Assembly: GCA_963709585.1 (NCBI GenBank)
Contig: CAVPXI010000006.1
Location: 128,001 to 192,000, forward strand
DNA: 64,000 nucleotides
Direction of reading: 5' to 3'
DNA from: Candidatus Dormiibacterota bacterium
GTDB lineage: Bacteria; Chloroflexota; Dormibacteria; Aeolococcales; Aeolococcaceae
Each line of letters starts with the position of its first letter. Positions within the stretch are counted from its first letter, which is position 1. The notes under the pieces are model-generated. The model ran no database searches and was not told the DNA's origin. It worked only from the letters and a program-made list of their open reading frames with translations. The position numbers and the translations under genes are program-made. Below, piece by piece: positions 39,274 to 49,331 of this stretch.

Positions 39274-39849
39274 CTAGGGTCCGCCGTCGTATTGGACCTC
39301 TTGCGCACTGTTGCGGACGTAGAGGAAGACGTGTTGCCCAGGAGGGACATCGCCTCCTGCGAACTGCCCCGTCGCGGGATCGCGCAGAAGTATCTGGCTG
39401 CCCCCGATGAGCTTTCGGATGTGCGCGATTCCGCCGATCGTCCATGTGACGATGGCGCCCGCGTGCGCGTGGCTCAATGCGGCGAGCGGGCCCGTGGCAC
39501 TCCCCGCAAACGCATACCACCCGGTGCCACCCGGACCCGTGAAGTTCCAGTAGCAGATGGTGTTCCCGGCGGGGACGTAGCTCTGCTCGTCGCCGCACGA
39601 CGCCGTGAACGCGACGTTGATTTCCAGCGACGCGATGACGATGTGGCCGGCAACGGGAAACGCTGTGGGAATAGGCGTTGGGGTTGGAGCCGGTGTCGGG
39701 GTCGGAGTCGGAGCAGCGGTGGCTGTCGGAGTGGGAGTTGGCGTCGGGGTTGCGGTTGGCGTCGCCGAGGGAGTCGTGCTGCTCGCCCCGCAGCCCGCGA
39801 GGATCATCGCGCCACCGACTGCAAGTCCCTGGATTGCGCGCCCGTTCAT
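39274..39849 (-). CDS. Lipoprotein with PT repeat linker and degenerate sortase-like domain
   Basis: Lipobox LAGC, (PT)n, then GPGGTGWYAFAGS...GPLAALSHAHAGAIVTWT. Confidence 0.65.
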   Translation of the reverse strand: MNGRAIQGLAVGGAMILAGCGASSTTPSATPTATPTPTPTPTATAAPTPTPTPAPTPTPIPTAFPVAGHIVIASLEINVAFTASCGDEQSYVPAGNTICYWNFTGPGGTGWYAFAGSATGPLAALSHAHAGAIVTWTIGGIAHIRKLIGGSQILLRDPATGQFAGGDVPPGQHVFLYVRNSAQEVQYDGGP

Positions 39850-39971
39850 CGACAGGACGACATGATCCTGAAAGATCCGGTTACGAAGATGGCGCCGCAG
39901 CCGAGCGCCAACGTGCGACTGATCGCGTTGGTCCCTCGCCGGTGCGACGACCGGTGCGGATGAAACGCATG

Positions 39972-40637
39972 TCAGGGACAATTCCACGGTCCATCGACGC
40001 TGAGCGTGGCACCCGGCACCGTTGCGTTGTTACCCGCGGAGAGCTGGAGGATGGCAGACACCGTGCCCGACCGGCCGTCGCTGCCAGTCACCGTCAGGAC
40101 GCCCGCGACTGACTGCCAAAGCGCGGCGGTGTCGTACTGCTCGACCGGGACTCCGTCGACCAAACGGCGGAATGCGCTCGTACCGTCCTGCTGGACGGCA
40201 AGCTTCGGCACATCGCCTGTCGTACCGAGTGGGTGAGGCCACGGTGGCAAGTCGTACGTACCGGGGTTGACAAAGGCGCCATTGAGTTCGATGTAGAGGA
40301 AGAACGCGTCCGAGCTTTGGCCGGCCAGTCGGACTACCGCCTCGAGGACATGGCCAGACACCGAACACGTGGAACTCGCATCCGGAACCGGGCCGGCGCA
40401 TTCGTTGAACGCGCCGGCCAGCTCAAGCTGATGCAACGAGCAGTTCAGCGGTGTTGGTGTCGGACCTGGCGCGGCGCCGGCCCGATGGCTTTGAATCGGT
40501 GGAACGTCATGGCGACCGATGCCGGTCAGAATCCACGAGACGCCGCCAAAGACCACCACCAAGCCGACGAGCCAGACCAAGGCCGAGCGCCGAGCTGAAC
40601 CGCCGCGCTCACCGCTGTCGCGCGCTGTGCCTGTCAT
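39972..40637 (-). CDS. Hypothetical membrane-anchored exported protein
   Basis: N-terminal TM, four Cys, ends GPWNCP. Confidence 0.65.
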   Translation of the reverse strand: MTGTARDSGERGGSARRSALVWLVGLVVVFGGVSWILTGIGRHDVPPIQSHRAGAAPGPTPTPLNCSLHQLELAGAFNECAGPVPDASSTCSVSGHVLEAVVRLAGQSSDAFFLYIELNGAFVNPGTYDLPPWPHPLGTTGDVPKLAVQQDGTSAFRRLVDGVPVEQYDTAALWQSVAGVLTVTGSDGRSGTVSAILQLSAGNNATVPGATLSVDGPWNCP

Positions 40638-40756
40638 TGCGGAGCGTGAATACCCTCAGTTGACCGGCCGTAAGGTAGCGCTGACCGGCCTGGGACGCGT
40701 ACGCCGAGTGTTCGACGTAGACACTGTTGACTCGGGTCGGTGCCGTTTGGCGGACT

Positions 40757-41518
40757 TTAGGAGATCTTGCGGCGGTAGATGCCTATGGCGAGGGTGTACG
40801 CGACAATGAGGATGCCGACACACCAGGCAAGTGCGATCCAGATGTCATTGCCGACCGGCTGCTGTGTGAACACAGCGCGGATCGCATTGACGATGGACGT
40901 CACCGGCTGGTGCTCGGCGAAGGCGCGCACCGGGCCGGGCATGGTGGCGGTCGGCACGAATGCCGAGCTGATGAATGGCAGGAAGATGAGCGGGTACGCG
41001 AATGCGCTCGCACCGTCCGCGGACTTCGCGGAGAGACCGGGGATTACGGCGATCCACGTCAACGCAAGGGTGAACAGGATCAGGATGCCGGCGACCGCGA
41101 GCCACGCCAGCACTCCCGCCCCCGAGCGGAAGCCCATGAGGAGGGCGACGAGCACGACGACCACAATCGAGATCAGATTGGCGACGAGCGAGGTCAGCAC
41201 ATGCGCCCACAGCACCGACGACCGTGCGATCGGCATGGACTGGAATCGCTCGAAGATGCCGCTCTTCATGTCCAGGAAGAGGCGGAATGCGGTGTACGAG
41301 ATGCCCGATGCGATGGTGATGATGAGAATGCCGGGCAGCAGGTAGTTCACATACGACGCCGACCCTGACTTGATCGCGCCGCCTAACACGTAGACGAACA
41401 GCAGCATGAAACCGATCGGCATGACCGTGGTCGTGATGATGGTGTCCACGCTGCGCGTGATGTGGCGCAGGGATCGTCCCAGCAGGACGGCCGTGTCGCC
41501 GAAGAAATGCTTGGTCAT
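40757..41518 (-). CDS. ABC-2 type transporter permease
   Basis: FERFQSMPIAR, SSAFVP, HQPVT. Confidence 0.93.
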   Translation of the reverse strand: MTKHFFGDTAVLLGRSLRHITRSVDTIITTTVMPIGFMLLFVYVLGGAIKSGSASYVNYLLPGILIITIASGISYTAFRLFLDMKSGIFERFQSMPIARSSVLWAHVLTSLVANLISIVVVVLVALLMGFRSGAGVLAWLAVAGILILFTLALTWIAVIPGLSAKSADGASAFAYPLIFLPFISSAFVPTATMPGPVRAFAEHQPVTSIVNAIRAVFTQQPVGNDIWIALAWCVGILIVAYTLAIGIYRRKIS

Positions 41519-42390
41519 CGTTGTTTCTCTCTCGTTGGTGCCGACGCCCCGGTCATTGCCGGAGGGGCTTCCTGGCCGTTGTCACCGACGATCGCGAAGA
41601 AGACGTCCTCGAGGGTCGGCTGCTTCTCGATGTATTCGACTTTGGCGGGCGGGAGCAGTTGCTTCAGCTCGAGCAGCGTGCCGTTCACGATGATTCGGCC
41701 CTCGCGAAGAATTGCGATCCGGTCGGCGAGGTGTTCGGCCTCCTCCAGATACTGCGTCGTGAGCAGAACGGTCGTGCCCTGCTCGGCAAGTTCCTTGACG
41801 GCCTGCCACACCTCGATTCGCGCTTGTGGGTCGAGCCCGGCAGTCGGCTCGTCGAGAAAGATGACCTGCGGTTCTCCGATGAGGCTCATCGCGATATCGA
41901 GGCGGCGGCGCATTCCACCCGAATACGTCGACACCTTCCGATCGCCCGCGCCAGTCAATGAGAAACGCTCGAGCAGCGCACGCGCGATCGTGCCCGGGTC
42001 GTTGAGGTGCCGCAATCGCGCGACGAGCGCGAGGTTCTCCCTCCCGCTGAGGATTTCGTCGACGGCCGCGAACTGTCCGGTGAGGCTGATGGATTCCCGC
42101 ACCTCTGCAGCTTGCGTGACGACGTCGAAGCCGTTGACGCGGGCAGTTCCCGCGTCGGCCTTGAGCAGCGTGGACAGGATCTTCACGATCGTGGTCTTGC
42201 CCGCCCCGTTCGAGCCGAGCAGGGCGAAGATGCTGCCCCGCGCAACGTCGAAGTCCACGCCACGCAGCACCTCCAGCGTCTTGTACGACTTCTTCACGCC
42301 TTGCACGTGGATCGCCAACCCCCGGATGTGGTCTTCCGTGACGCCCTCGGGAATCTCGGTCACGCTCCCCACGGGCGTGGCGGCGTTCAC
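41515..42390 (-). CDS. ABC transporter ATP-binding protein (DrrA-like)
   Basis: GSNGAGKTT, YSGGMRRRLD, FLDEPT. Confidence 0.95.
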   Translation of the reverse strand: MNAATPVGSVTEIPEGVTEDHIRGLAIHVQGVKKSYKTLEVLRGVDFDVARGSIFALLGSNGAGKTTIVKILSTLLKADAGTARVNGFDVVTQAAEVRESISLTGQFAAVDEILSGRENLALVARLRHLNDPGTIARALLERFSLTGAGDRKVSTYSGGMRRRLDIAMSLIGEPQVIFLDEPTAGLDPQARIEVWQAVKELAEQGTTVLLTTQYLEEAEHLADRIAILREGRIIVNGTLLELKQLLPPAKVEYIEKQPTLEDVFFAIVGDNGQEAPPAMTGASAPTREKQR

Positions 42391-43265
42391 AGCGCGCCCG
42401 CTGGAGCGATGCTCGCGACCGCCCGCCGGATGGTGATATCGCCGAACGAGGTGCGGGCACGGATCTCAACCGAAGGTTCACCCGCCTGCGGCCGCGTCGC
42501 GTCCTCGAGTTCATTTAGCACCCTCCCGAAACTCGTGTGGAGGTCCAGCCACGCGGCGACACCCCGATGGATACCGATATCCACCCTGCCCATCGACGTC
42601 TGCGCCGCAACGGTGCCGCGCTCCACCTCGCCGAGGCGAACGTCGCCATTGGCGGTCTTGGCAACCACCGTCGCGCGCGAACGGTCGACGGAGATCGAGC
42701 CGTTGGCCGTGACCACTCGTAGGTCTCGTACGACGTCGCCGATCCTGGCGTCTCCATTGCCGCTCTTGATGACTGCGGTGCCATCGACGGCGCCGATCCG
42801 GACCGCACCCGCACCGGTGAAGATCTCCGCGTCGCCCGACACGCTGTGCACGAGGATGTCGCCCGCACCGGTGCTGAAGCGCGCAGGGCCGGATTGCTCA
42901 ACCTCGATGTCACCGACCCCGATTCCGAAACGGCATTCCCCGAGCGAGCCGGCGCAATGCAGGGCGGCGACGCCGACATCCCCGCGAAGCTGCGAACCCG
43001 TCGGCAACTCGACGCGGACGTCGATGGACTCGCCGCCGCCACGCGGCGTGTAGCGGCGCCACCCTTTCGGCGACTTGATGAGCAGTCGACCGTCGGAATA
43101 CTCCACACGCGTCTGCTCGGCGGCCGCCACATCCGACTGCTTGTCGGGGTTGGTGGGAAGGATCTCGACACTCGTGTCCGACCGGTCGCTGGCCATGACC
43201 CGGACGTCGCCGACGCCGATCTCAATGGTCACTGTGATCGGGTTGGGGGTGGTGAAGGTAGGCAC
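42387..43265 (-). CDS. DUF4097 beta-strand repeat protein
   Basis: MPTFTTPNPI, repeated T.nGd motifs, RARTSFGDITIRR; AAAGGAG RBS. Confidence 0.85.
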   Translation of the reverse strand: MPTFTTPNPITVTIEIGVGDVRVMASDRSDTSVEILPTNPDKQSDVAAAEQTRVEYSDGRLLIKSPKGWRRYTPRGGGESIDVRVELPTGSQLRGDVGVAALHCAGSLGECRFGIGVGDIEVEQSGPARFSTGAGDILVHSVSGDAEIFTGAGAVRIGAVDGTAVIKSGNGDARIGDVVRDLRVVTANGSISVDRSRATVVAKTANGDVRLGEVERGTVAAQTSMGRVDIGIHRGVAAWLDLHTSFGRVLNELEDATRPQAGEPSVEIRARTSFGDITIRRAVASIAPAGAL

Positions 43266-43287
43266 GAATTCTCCTTTGACTGGCGGA

Positions 43288-43815
43288 CTAGCGAACCCAG
43301 CCCGTGAAGCGACCGGCACCGCTGGCCGCGCGCCCACCCGGGCGACGACCGGGATCGGCTCGATCCAGAGCGGAGCCCGCCGCACGGACGAGCCAGGCGT
43401 TGACTGAAAGACCCTCGCCGTTCGCGGCCCGCTCCACCCGCACCTTCAGGGTGTCAGGTATGCGCAGGTTGATCCGCGAGACGCCACCATCGTCGGTGTC
43501 GTCCGCGCTCCGCTCAGGGGAGGCGGGCGTGTCATAGGTGAGGTCCGCGAGATCGTCGCCCGCGGGCTCGACGGGCGCGGCGGTCACCACGAACTCGAGG
43601 TTGCGTCCGCGGAGGCGCAATTCGACCGACCCCGGCGCGAGCTCCACGGTGATCTCCGCCGCTGCCGCCCCGAGTGCGTCCTGCAATGCGAGGCGGATGG
43701 CTGCATCAAGCGGAGCAGCGAGGCGTTCGGCAAGGGCGCGCGCCTCGTCTCCCCCGGCCTCGGCGGTCTCCGCGAGCTGTTGGTGAATGCTCTCGATATA
43801 GGGGCGCAGGTCCAC
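43288..43815 (-). CDS. Ribbon-helix-helix (HicB/Arc-like) regulator
   Basis: SRINLRIPDTLKVRVERAANGEGLSVNAWLVR. Confidence 0.82.
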   Translation of the reverse strand: MDLRPYIESIHQQLAETAEAGGDEARALAERLAAPLDAAIRLALQDALGAAAAEITVELAPGSVELRLRGRNLEFVVTAAPVEPAGDDLADLTYDTPASPERSADDTDDGGVSRINLRIPDTLKVRVERAANGEGLSVNAWLVRAAGSALDRADPGRRPGGRAASGAGRFTGWVR

Positions 43816-43821
43816 GACGCC

Positions 43822-43851
43822 ACTATGGCACCACGAGTGATGCCATGTCAA
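43822..43851 (-). promoter_or_regulatory. Promoter with overlapping palindromic operator
   Basis: Minus strand TTGACA-18 nt-CATAGT; inverted repeat ATGGCACCAC-GA-GTGATGCCAT at 43825-43846. Confidence 0.7.
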
Positions 43852-43897
43852 GCCTATTTGAGCCAGATTGGCGCCCAACGTGGCGCCACAGGGTGCT

Positions 43898-44941
43898 CTA
43901 CGGCGTCAGCACGACCTTGAGGGCCTCGCGCCGGTCGAACAGCTCGTAGCCCAGCACCGCCGCGTCCAGGCGCATGCGGTGCGAGATGATCGCGTCCGGC
44001 TCAACCGCTCCACTCGACACCATGGCGAGCGCGACGTCCCACCGGCCGATGATGTTCGCGGTGCCGCAGAACTTGAGGTCGATCGCCTTGACGAACATGG
44101 TGCTGAGGGGGAGTTCGACCTCGTGGTCGGCATGCACTCCGATGATGCTGATTCGCCCACCGGCGCGGGCGATGTCGATCGAATCGATGAGGGCGGCCAC
44201 CTGCCCCACGCACTCAAGGACGGCGTCGGCGCCGCGACCGCCGGTCCGATCCTGCACGAAGCTCGGGACGTGCACCGCGTTCGCGTCCACCGCTACGGCG
44301 CCGAGTGTCTGCGCCATCTCGAGTCGCTGCGACACCGTGTCGACCGCATAGATCGTCGACGGCTCGAATGTGCGTAACCCGAGGATGGCCATGAGGCCGA
44401 CAGGGCCGCAGCCGACAACGGTCACAACGTCTCCTTTTTCGATTCGTGCCTCGCTGGCGCAGTCGAAGCCGGTCGTGAAGATGTCGCCGACGAAGAGCGC
44501 CCGCTCGTCGCTCATCGAGTCGTCGATGGCATGGAGAACGAGGTCGGCGTTGGGGACACGCACGTACTCCGCCTGAGCGCCGGCAACGTCGCCGAAGAAC
44601 GATCCGTATCCGAAGACACGCTGGTCGGGACAGCGGCTGAAGAGCCGCCGGCCGCAGTACCAGCACTCGCCGCACGGAATCGTGAACGAGCCGACCACCC
44701 GATCGCCCTCCACGAAACGACGCACACCGCCGTCGACCGCCTCGACCACCCCGACGAACTCGTGCCCCAGGACGCTGCCGGGGCTCATGCCCGGGATCCT
44801 TCCGTGCACGACGTGGAGGTCGCTCCCGCAGATCGCGGCTTTGGTGACGCGGACCAGCGCGTCACCCGGCTGCTCGATGCCCGGCTTCGGCACGTCGACG
44901 ACCTCGACCGCACCGAAACCCTTGAAGACAAGGGCGCGCAT
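43898..44941 (-). CDS. Zinc-dependent alcohol/formaldehyde dehydrogenase family protein
   Basis: ICGSDLH, GHEFVG, CGECWYC, QAEYVRVP, GCGPVG. Confidence 0.92.
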   Translation of the reverse strand: MRALVFKGFGAVEVVDVPKPGIEQPGDALVRVTKAAICGSDLHVVHGRIPGMSPGSVLGHEFVGVVEAVDGGVRRFVEGDRVVGSFTIPCGECWYCGRRLFSRCPDQRVFGYGSFFGDVAGAQAEYVRVPNADLVLHAIDDSMSDERALFVGDIFTTGFDCASEARIEKGDVVTVVGCGPVGLMAILGLRTFEPSTIYAVDTVSQRLEMAQTLGAVAVDANAVHVPSFVQDRTGGRGADAVLECVGQVAALIDSIDIARAGGRISIIGVHADHEVELPLSTMFVKAIDLKFCGTANIIGRWDVALAMVSSGAVEPDAIISHRMRLDAAVLGYELFDRREALKVVLTP

Positions 44942-44966
44942 CCTCAGCGTTCCCCGCGAGCGCTGA

Positions 44967-45260
44967 TCAGTGCGCCTCTTCCTCGGCGGCGCGACGCTGG
45001 ATCACGCGATCCCGCAGCTCATCCTCGAGCTGGCCGGCGTGCTCGACGTCGCGCCGGAGCCAGAAAGGAATTCGCTCGGGCTCGCCTGCCGCAAGCGCCT
45101 TCGCCTGAGCGTCGAGGTAGGCGCGGAGCGCGGCGTCGACAGCGGTCGAGAGGTCGGCGCCGCCCGCGGTCAGAGGCTGGACGAGGTCGCTCGCGACGAC
45201 CACGCTGTTCGCCGGCGCGGTCGGTGGCCTCGACCCGAAAAGACGCCCGAGCCACGACAT
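44967..45260 (-). CDS. Small hypothetical protein
   Basis: MSWLGRLFG..., 97 aa, upstream of the dehydrogenase. Confidence 0.6.
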   Translation of the reverse strand: MSWLGRLFGSRPPTAPANSVVVASDLVQPLTAGGADLSTAVDAALRAYLDAQAKALAAGEPERIPFWLRRDVEHAGQLEDELRDRVIQRRAAEEEAH

Positions 45261-45326
45261 GCGCCGAGTGTACGCAGTCGCGAGCTTGTTCCTCAGCACC
45301 GGGGTGCTCCGCGCTACCGTACACGC

Positions 45327-45962
45327 GTGGCCGAGACCGTGGAGACGACCCTGCGACTCGAATGGACGGGGGATCCTGACGCGGATCGGCTCATCAGCGA
45401 GAACCCCACCGCGCTCCTGATCGGCTTCTGCCTCGATCAGCAGGTGCCGATCGAGTGGGCCTTCCAGGGTCCACTGCGCATGCGGGAGCGGTTGGGGACC
45501 ATCGATCCGGTCGAGGTCGCGCGCATGGACCCGGCCAAAGTCGAACGGGCGTTCCAGACGCCGCCCGCGCTCCACCGATTCCCGGTGAGCATGGCGCAAC
45601 GGGTCTACGGGCTCTGCCAGGTCATCGCATCCGAATACGGCGGCGACACCCCGCGGATCTGGACCGAGGCTCAGGACGCGAAGGAGTTGCAGCAGCGATT
45701 CGCCGCGCTGCCCGGTTTCGGTGCCGCCAAGGCCCGGATCATGGTCGGCGTCGTCGCGAAGCACCTGGGCGTTCGGCCCGCGGGATGGGAGAGTATCGCC
45801 CCGGACTGGCCCACCCTGGCGGACGTTCGCACGGTCGCGGAACGCGAGCAGTACCAGGCGCAGAAGCGTGCCTTCAAAGCCGCGCTTCGGGCTGAGGCCG
45901 CAACCAAGGGAGACACGGGGAGGAAGCGGCCCGCGAAGGCGGTCGGTGGTGGCCGGCGCTGA
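45327..45962 (+). CDS. HhH-GPD-type base-excision repair family protein
   Basis: TGDPDAD, LDQQVPIEWAFQGP, HRFP, LPGFGAAKARI. Confidence 0.88.
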   Translation: MAETVETTLRLEWTGDPDADRLISENPTALLIGFCLDQQVPIEWAFQGPLRMRERLGTIDPVEVARMDPAKVERAFQTPPALHRFPVSMAQRVYGLCQVIASEYGGDTPRIWTEAQDAKELQQRFAALPGFGAAKARIMVGVVAKHLGVRPAGWESIAPDWPTLADVRTVAEREQYQAQKRAFKAALRAEAATKGDTGRKRPAKAVGGGRR

Positions 45963-46605
45963 GATCACCGTCTTCGAGGACGGCGGTGTCCGCGTCGTCA
46001 AGATCGGTCCGATGGGACCGTACGGGAACAACGCGTACGTGGTCCGCGACGTGGCGGCCGGAGCAGCCGTGCTCGTCGACATGCCGCTCGACGAGGAACC
46101 GTTGCTCGCCGCAATCGCGGCCGAGGGCGGTGTCCAGACGGTCATCGCAACCCACTGGCACCCCGATCACTGGATGACCTACGACGCCGTCCGTGCAGCC
46201 ACCGGCGCGCCGGTTCTGGTCGGCAGCAGCGAGGTCAGGATTCCTAAGGAGCGCATCGACGGCCGCCTCGATGACGGCGCGGAGGTCACGGTCGGCAGCG
46301 CGCGGATCGGCGTGGTGCACACGCCCGGCCATACGCCGGGCAGCATCTCGCTGCGCATCGGCCGCGCCGTGATCACGGGCGACACCCTGTTCGACGGCGG
46401 CCCGGGCAGGACGAGCGCGCGCGGCGACCTGGAAACGATCATGGCGAGCATCACCGCCAGGTTGCTGCCACTGCCGGAAGAAACCGTCGTGCTTCCCGGT
46501 CACGGCACGACCACGACGATCGCCGCCAGTCGCGCCGGCGTCGCGGCGTACCAGCGCCACCCCAAGCCCGCCGGCTACTTCGGGGACGTCGAGTGGGGTG
46601 ACTGA
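45946..46605 (+). CDS. MBL-fold metallo-hydrolase
   Basis: THWHPDH, HTPGHTPGS, GDTLF, PGHG. Confidence 0.92.
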   Translation: MVAGAEITVFEDGGVRVVKIGPMGPYGNNAYVVRDVAAGAAVLVDMPLDEEPLLAAIAAEGGVQTVIATHWHPDHWMTYDAVRAATGAPVLVGSSEVRIPKERIDGRLDDGAEVTVGSARIGVVHTPGHTPGSISLRIGRAVITGDTLFDGGPGRTSARGDLETIMASITARLLPLPEETVVLPGHGTTTTIAASRAGVAAYQRHPKPAGYFGDVEWGD

Positions 46606-48115
46606 AACGGGATCCTCACCCGGCGGGGTCACCTCCGCCGACTCCGAGGGCCTGCACCTGGGCACGGCCCGTGGGCGGTGGGTGCTCACCGCGACGGTGC
46701 TCGGCAGCGCGATGGCGCAGCTCGACGCCACCGTCGTCGGGATCGCGCAGCCGGCGATCGGCAAGGAGTTCCACGCTCAGATCTCCGGCTTGCAGTGGGT
46801 GTCCGCCGGATACCTGCTCACCGTCGCCGGCCTCATCCTTCTCGCCGGCGCGCTGACCGATCGTTACGGACGCCGGCGCATCTTCGTCATCGGGGTGACG
46901 TGGTTCGCAATCGCATCATTGATCTGCGCGACCGCACCCAACATCGGCCTGCTCATCGCAGCACGCGCTCTGCAGGGTGTCGGCGGCGCGCTGCTCACGC
47001 CGGGAAGCCTCGCCATCCTCGAGGCATCGTTCGCCCAGCAGGAGCGCGGCCGCGCCATCGGCGCCTGGTCGGGCCTCGGCGGTGTGGCCACCGCACTGGG
47101 ACCCTTCGTCGGCGGGTTTCTGATCACGGCGGTGTCGTGGCGGTTGATCTTCCTGATCAACTTGCCGATCGCCGCCGCCGTGATCATCATCGCGATGCGC
47201 CACGTTCCCGAATCGCGCGATCCAAACGCCACCGGTTACATCGACTTCGCCGGGAGCGCGCTCACCGTGGTCGCGCTCGTCGGGATCTCCTATGGGCTCA
47301 TTCAAGGGTCGAGCGGCAACTGGGCGTCGTCCGTGGTTCTTGGAGCTCTTCTCCTGGGAGTCGTCGCGGCCGTCGCCTTCGTCATCGTCGAGTTGCGCGT
47401 GCGCGCCCCGATTGTGCCGCTCGACATCTTCAAGTCCCGCCAGTTCAGCGCGACCAACGGGGTGACGCTGCTGATCTACGGGATGCTCGGGGGGATGTTC
47501 TTCCTGCTGCCCATCGAGCTCCAGCAGGTTTCGCACTACGGTCCGACCGCCGCGGGCGCGTCCCTGCTGCCCATCACATTCATGCTCTTCGCGCTCTCGT
47601 CGCGGTCGGGCGGGCTCTCGGCGCGCATCGGCCCGCGCCTGCAGATGTCGGTGGGGCCGATCGTGGTCGCCGCCGGACTGGCGCTCTTCGCGCGAATCAA
47701 TGCCGGGGGAAATTACCTTCTCGAAGTGCTGCCCGCAGTGCTGGTGTTCGGCTTCGGGTTGGCGATCACGGTCGCACCGCTGACCGCCACCGCCATGTCA
47801 TCGGCGCCTCCGGAGCGCAGTGGCCTGGCCTCGGCGGTCAACAACACCGTGGCTCGCACCGGGAGCCTGCTGGCGGTGGCGCTGCTCCCGGCGGTCGCCG
47901 GGATCACCGGCGACAGCTACCTGCACCCTCCGGTGTTCGAGACCGGCTTCCAGCACGCCGCCCTCATCGCCTCGGTGATCTGCGCGGCCGGCGGTTTGCT
48001 CGCCGCAGCCACGATTCGCAATCCACGCCGGCCTCCGGCACCTCAGGCGCGTCTCACCCCCGAGTATCACTGCGCCGCCGACGCGCCACCCTTGCGCGCC
48101 CACACTCGAAGCTAG
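46598..48115 (+). CDS. MFS transporter (DHA2/EmrB-QacA)
   Basis: LDATVV, DRYGRRR, ARALQGVG, WRLIFLINLP. Confidence 0.94.
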   Translation: MTETGSSPGGVTSADSEGLHLGTARGRWVLTATVLGSAMAQLDATVVGIAQPAIGKEFHAQISGLQWVSAGYLLTVAGLILLAGALTDRYGRRRIFVIGVTWFAIASLICATAPNIGLLIAARALQGVGGALLTPGSLAILEASFAQQERGRAIGAWSGLGGVATALGPFVGGFLITAVSWRLIFLINLPIAAAVIIIAMRHVPESRDPNATGYIDFAGSALTVVALVGISYGLIQGSSGNWASSVVLGALLLGVVAAVAFVIVELRVRAPIVPLDIFKSRQFSATNGVTLLIYGMLGGMFFLLPIELQQVSHYGPTAAGASLLPITFMLFALSSRSGGLSARIGPRLQMSVGPIVVAAGLALFARINAGGNYLLEVLPAVLVFGFGLAITVAPLTATAMSSAPPERSGLASAVNNTVARTGSLLAVALLPAVAGITGDSYLHPPVFETGFQHAALIASVICAAGGLLAAATIRNPRRPPAPQARLTPEYHCAADAPPLRAHTRS

Positions 48116-48150
48116 CCTCGGCGCGTTGACCCCGCTCCCCGGTACCGTGA

Positions 48151-48795
48151 CTACGGGAGCAGCACTCGAATCAGCGTTCTTGACAGCCATTGTTGATAGC
48201 GCTGCGACGACCAGCCGCGGACATCGCGAAGGAGCCGGTTGACCTCCGGGCTCGTGAGCGTCCAGACGATCGTCGCCGCTTCATCGACATTCATGTGCTG
48301 ACGGAGCGCGCCGTTCGCCGCGAGCCACTCGGTGAACGTCCGAAGCTTGCCGAACCGGTTCTCCTGCATGCGCGTACGCAGATCCGCGACATCCGGGTCG
48401 ATCACCGCGGCACTCTGCATCACGTCGTCGATCGGACGGACGCGTTCGATACGCGCCACGATGTCGGCGGCAAAGCCGGCGAGCATCTGGCGCCGGTCCG
48501 ACATCGTGCGCAGGGCGCGTGGACCCTCGCCCGCGAGAACGTCAGATCCCTCGGTGCTGCCGGTGACCCGAAGGTCAATGAGCGCGGAGAGCATGCCTTT
48601 CTTCGTGCCAAAGATGGCGTAAATGGTGTCGACGGCGACGCCGGCACGCGCCGCGACGGCGTCGATGGTGGTCGCCACGTATCCGCGCGCTGCGAACAGA
48701 TCTCCCGAGGCTTCGAGTATCCGCAGCCGCGTCTGCGCTGCCTGCTCGGCGCGTACCCGAGACCGGTAGGGACGGCGGCTCTTGACAGATGCCAC
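48151..48795 (-). CDS. TetR/AcrR family regulator
   Basis: GYVATTIDAVAARAGVAVDTIYAIFGTK. Confidence 0.92.
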   Translation of the reverse strand: MASVKSRRPYRSRVRAEQAAQTRLRILEASGDLFAARGYVATTIDAVAARAGVAVDTIYAIFGTKKGMLSALIDLRVTGSTEGSDVLAGEGPRALRTMSDRRQMLAGFAADIVARIERVRPIDDVMQSAAVIDPDVADLRTRMQENRFGKLRTFTEWLAANGALRQHMNVDEAATIVWTLTSPEVNRLLRDVRGWSSQRYQQWLSRTLIRVLLP

Positions 48796-48801
48796 AGGTT
48801 T

Positions 48802-48840
48802 ATCCTAGCATTGGTGTATTCATCCTAGGTTGACTAGGAT
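48802..48840. promoter_or_regulatory. TetR operator candidate in the divergent promoter
   Basis: ATCCTAG-GTTGA-CTAGGAT (48822-48840) plus half-site ATCCTAG at 48802. Confidence 0.6.
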
Positions 48841-48866
48841 CAGACTACGTCCGGGAGGAACCATCG

Positions 48867-49172
48867 ATGTATGCGTTCACACAGGATCTGCCGATCACGA
48901 CTGATGTCTATGCACGGATCATGGAGGGCATCGGGCCGGCGCCGGCTGCCGGATGCGTGATACACGCGGTGGTCCGCATCGATGGTGGCTTGCGGTACAT
49001 CGACATCTGGGAGTTGCGGGAAGCATGCGATCGCTTCCTCGAGGAGCGCGTGCATCCCGTGCTGCAGGCAGCGTTCACTGCCGCCGGGTCAAGCCTGCCG
49101 CCGGAGCCGGCCCGAAACGAGATGGAGCTTGTCGACGTGAACGTCTTCCCGCAGACGGTCGACGTCGCCTGA
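48867..49172 (+). CDS. Small hypothetical protein (dimeric alpha-beta barrel-like)
   Basis: GGAGG RBS; GGLRYIDIWE..CDRF.EERVHP. Confidence 0.7.
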   Translation: MYAFTQDLPITTDVYARIMEGIGPAPAAGCVIHAVVRIDGGLRYIDIWELREACDRFLEERVHPVLQAAFTAAGSSLPPEPARNEMELVDVNVFPQTVDVA

Positions 49173-49180
49173 CCAACACG

Positions 49181-49252
49181 TACCCGCACGGGGAGTTGAA
49201 CCCCGGTTACCACCTTGAAAGGGTGGTGTCCTGACCGCTAGACGATGCGGGC
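49181..49252 (-). tRNA. tRNA-Glu(TTC), CCA not encoded
   Basis: GCCCGCA/TGCGGGT, CCACC-CTTTCAA-GGTGG, CGGGG-TTCAACT-CCCCG; near gltX. Confidence 0.95.
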
Positions 49253-49331
49253 GCGAGCGCCAATCTTAGGTTCGCGCGAGGACGCCGTCGCCGGCAGCGA
49301 AGCGAACTCGGTGCGCCGGTATACTCGCGGC

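Noticed and set aside
39219-43880. Genomic island integrated at tRNA-Tyr
   Set aside because: GC is somewhat lower, but there is no integrase and only an 8-nt echo of the tRNA 3' end (CCTGGGAC near 40689), which is expected by chance.
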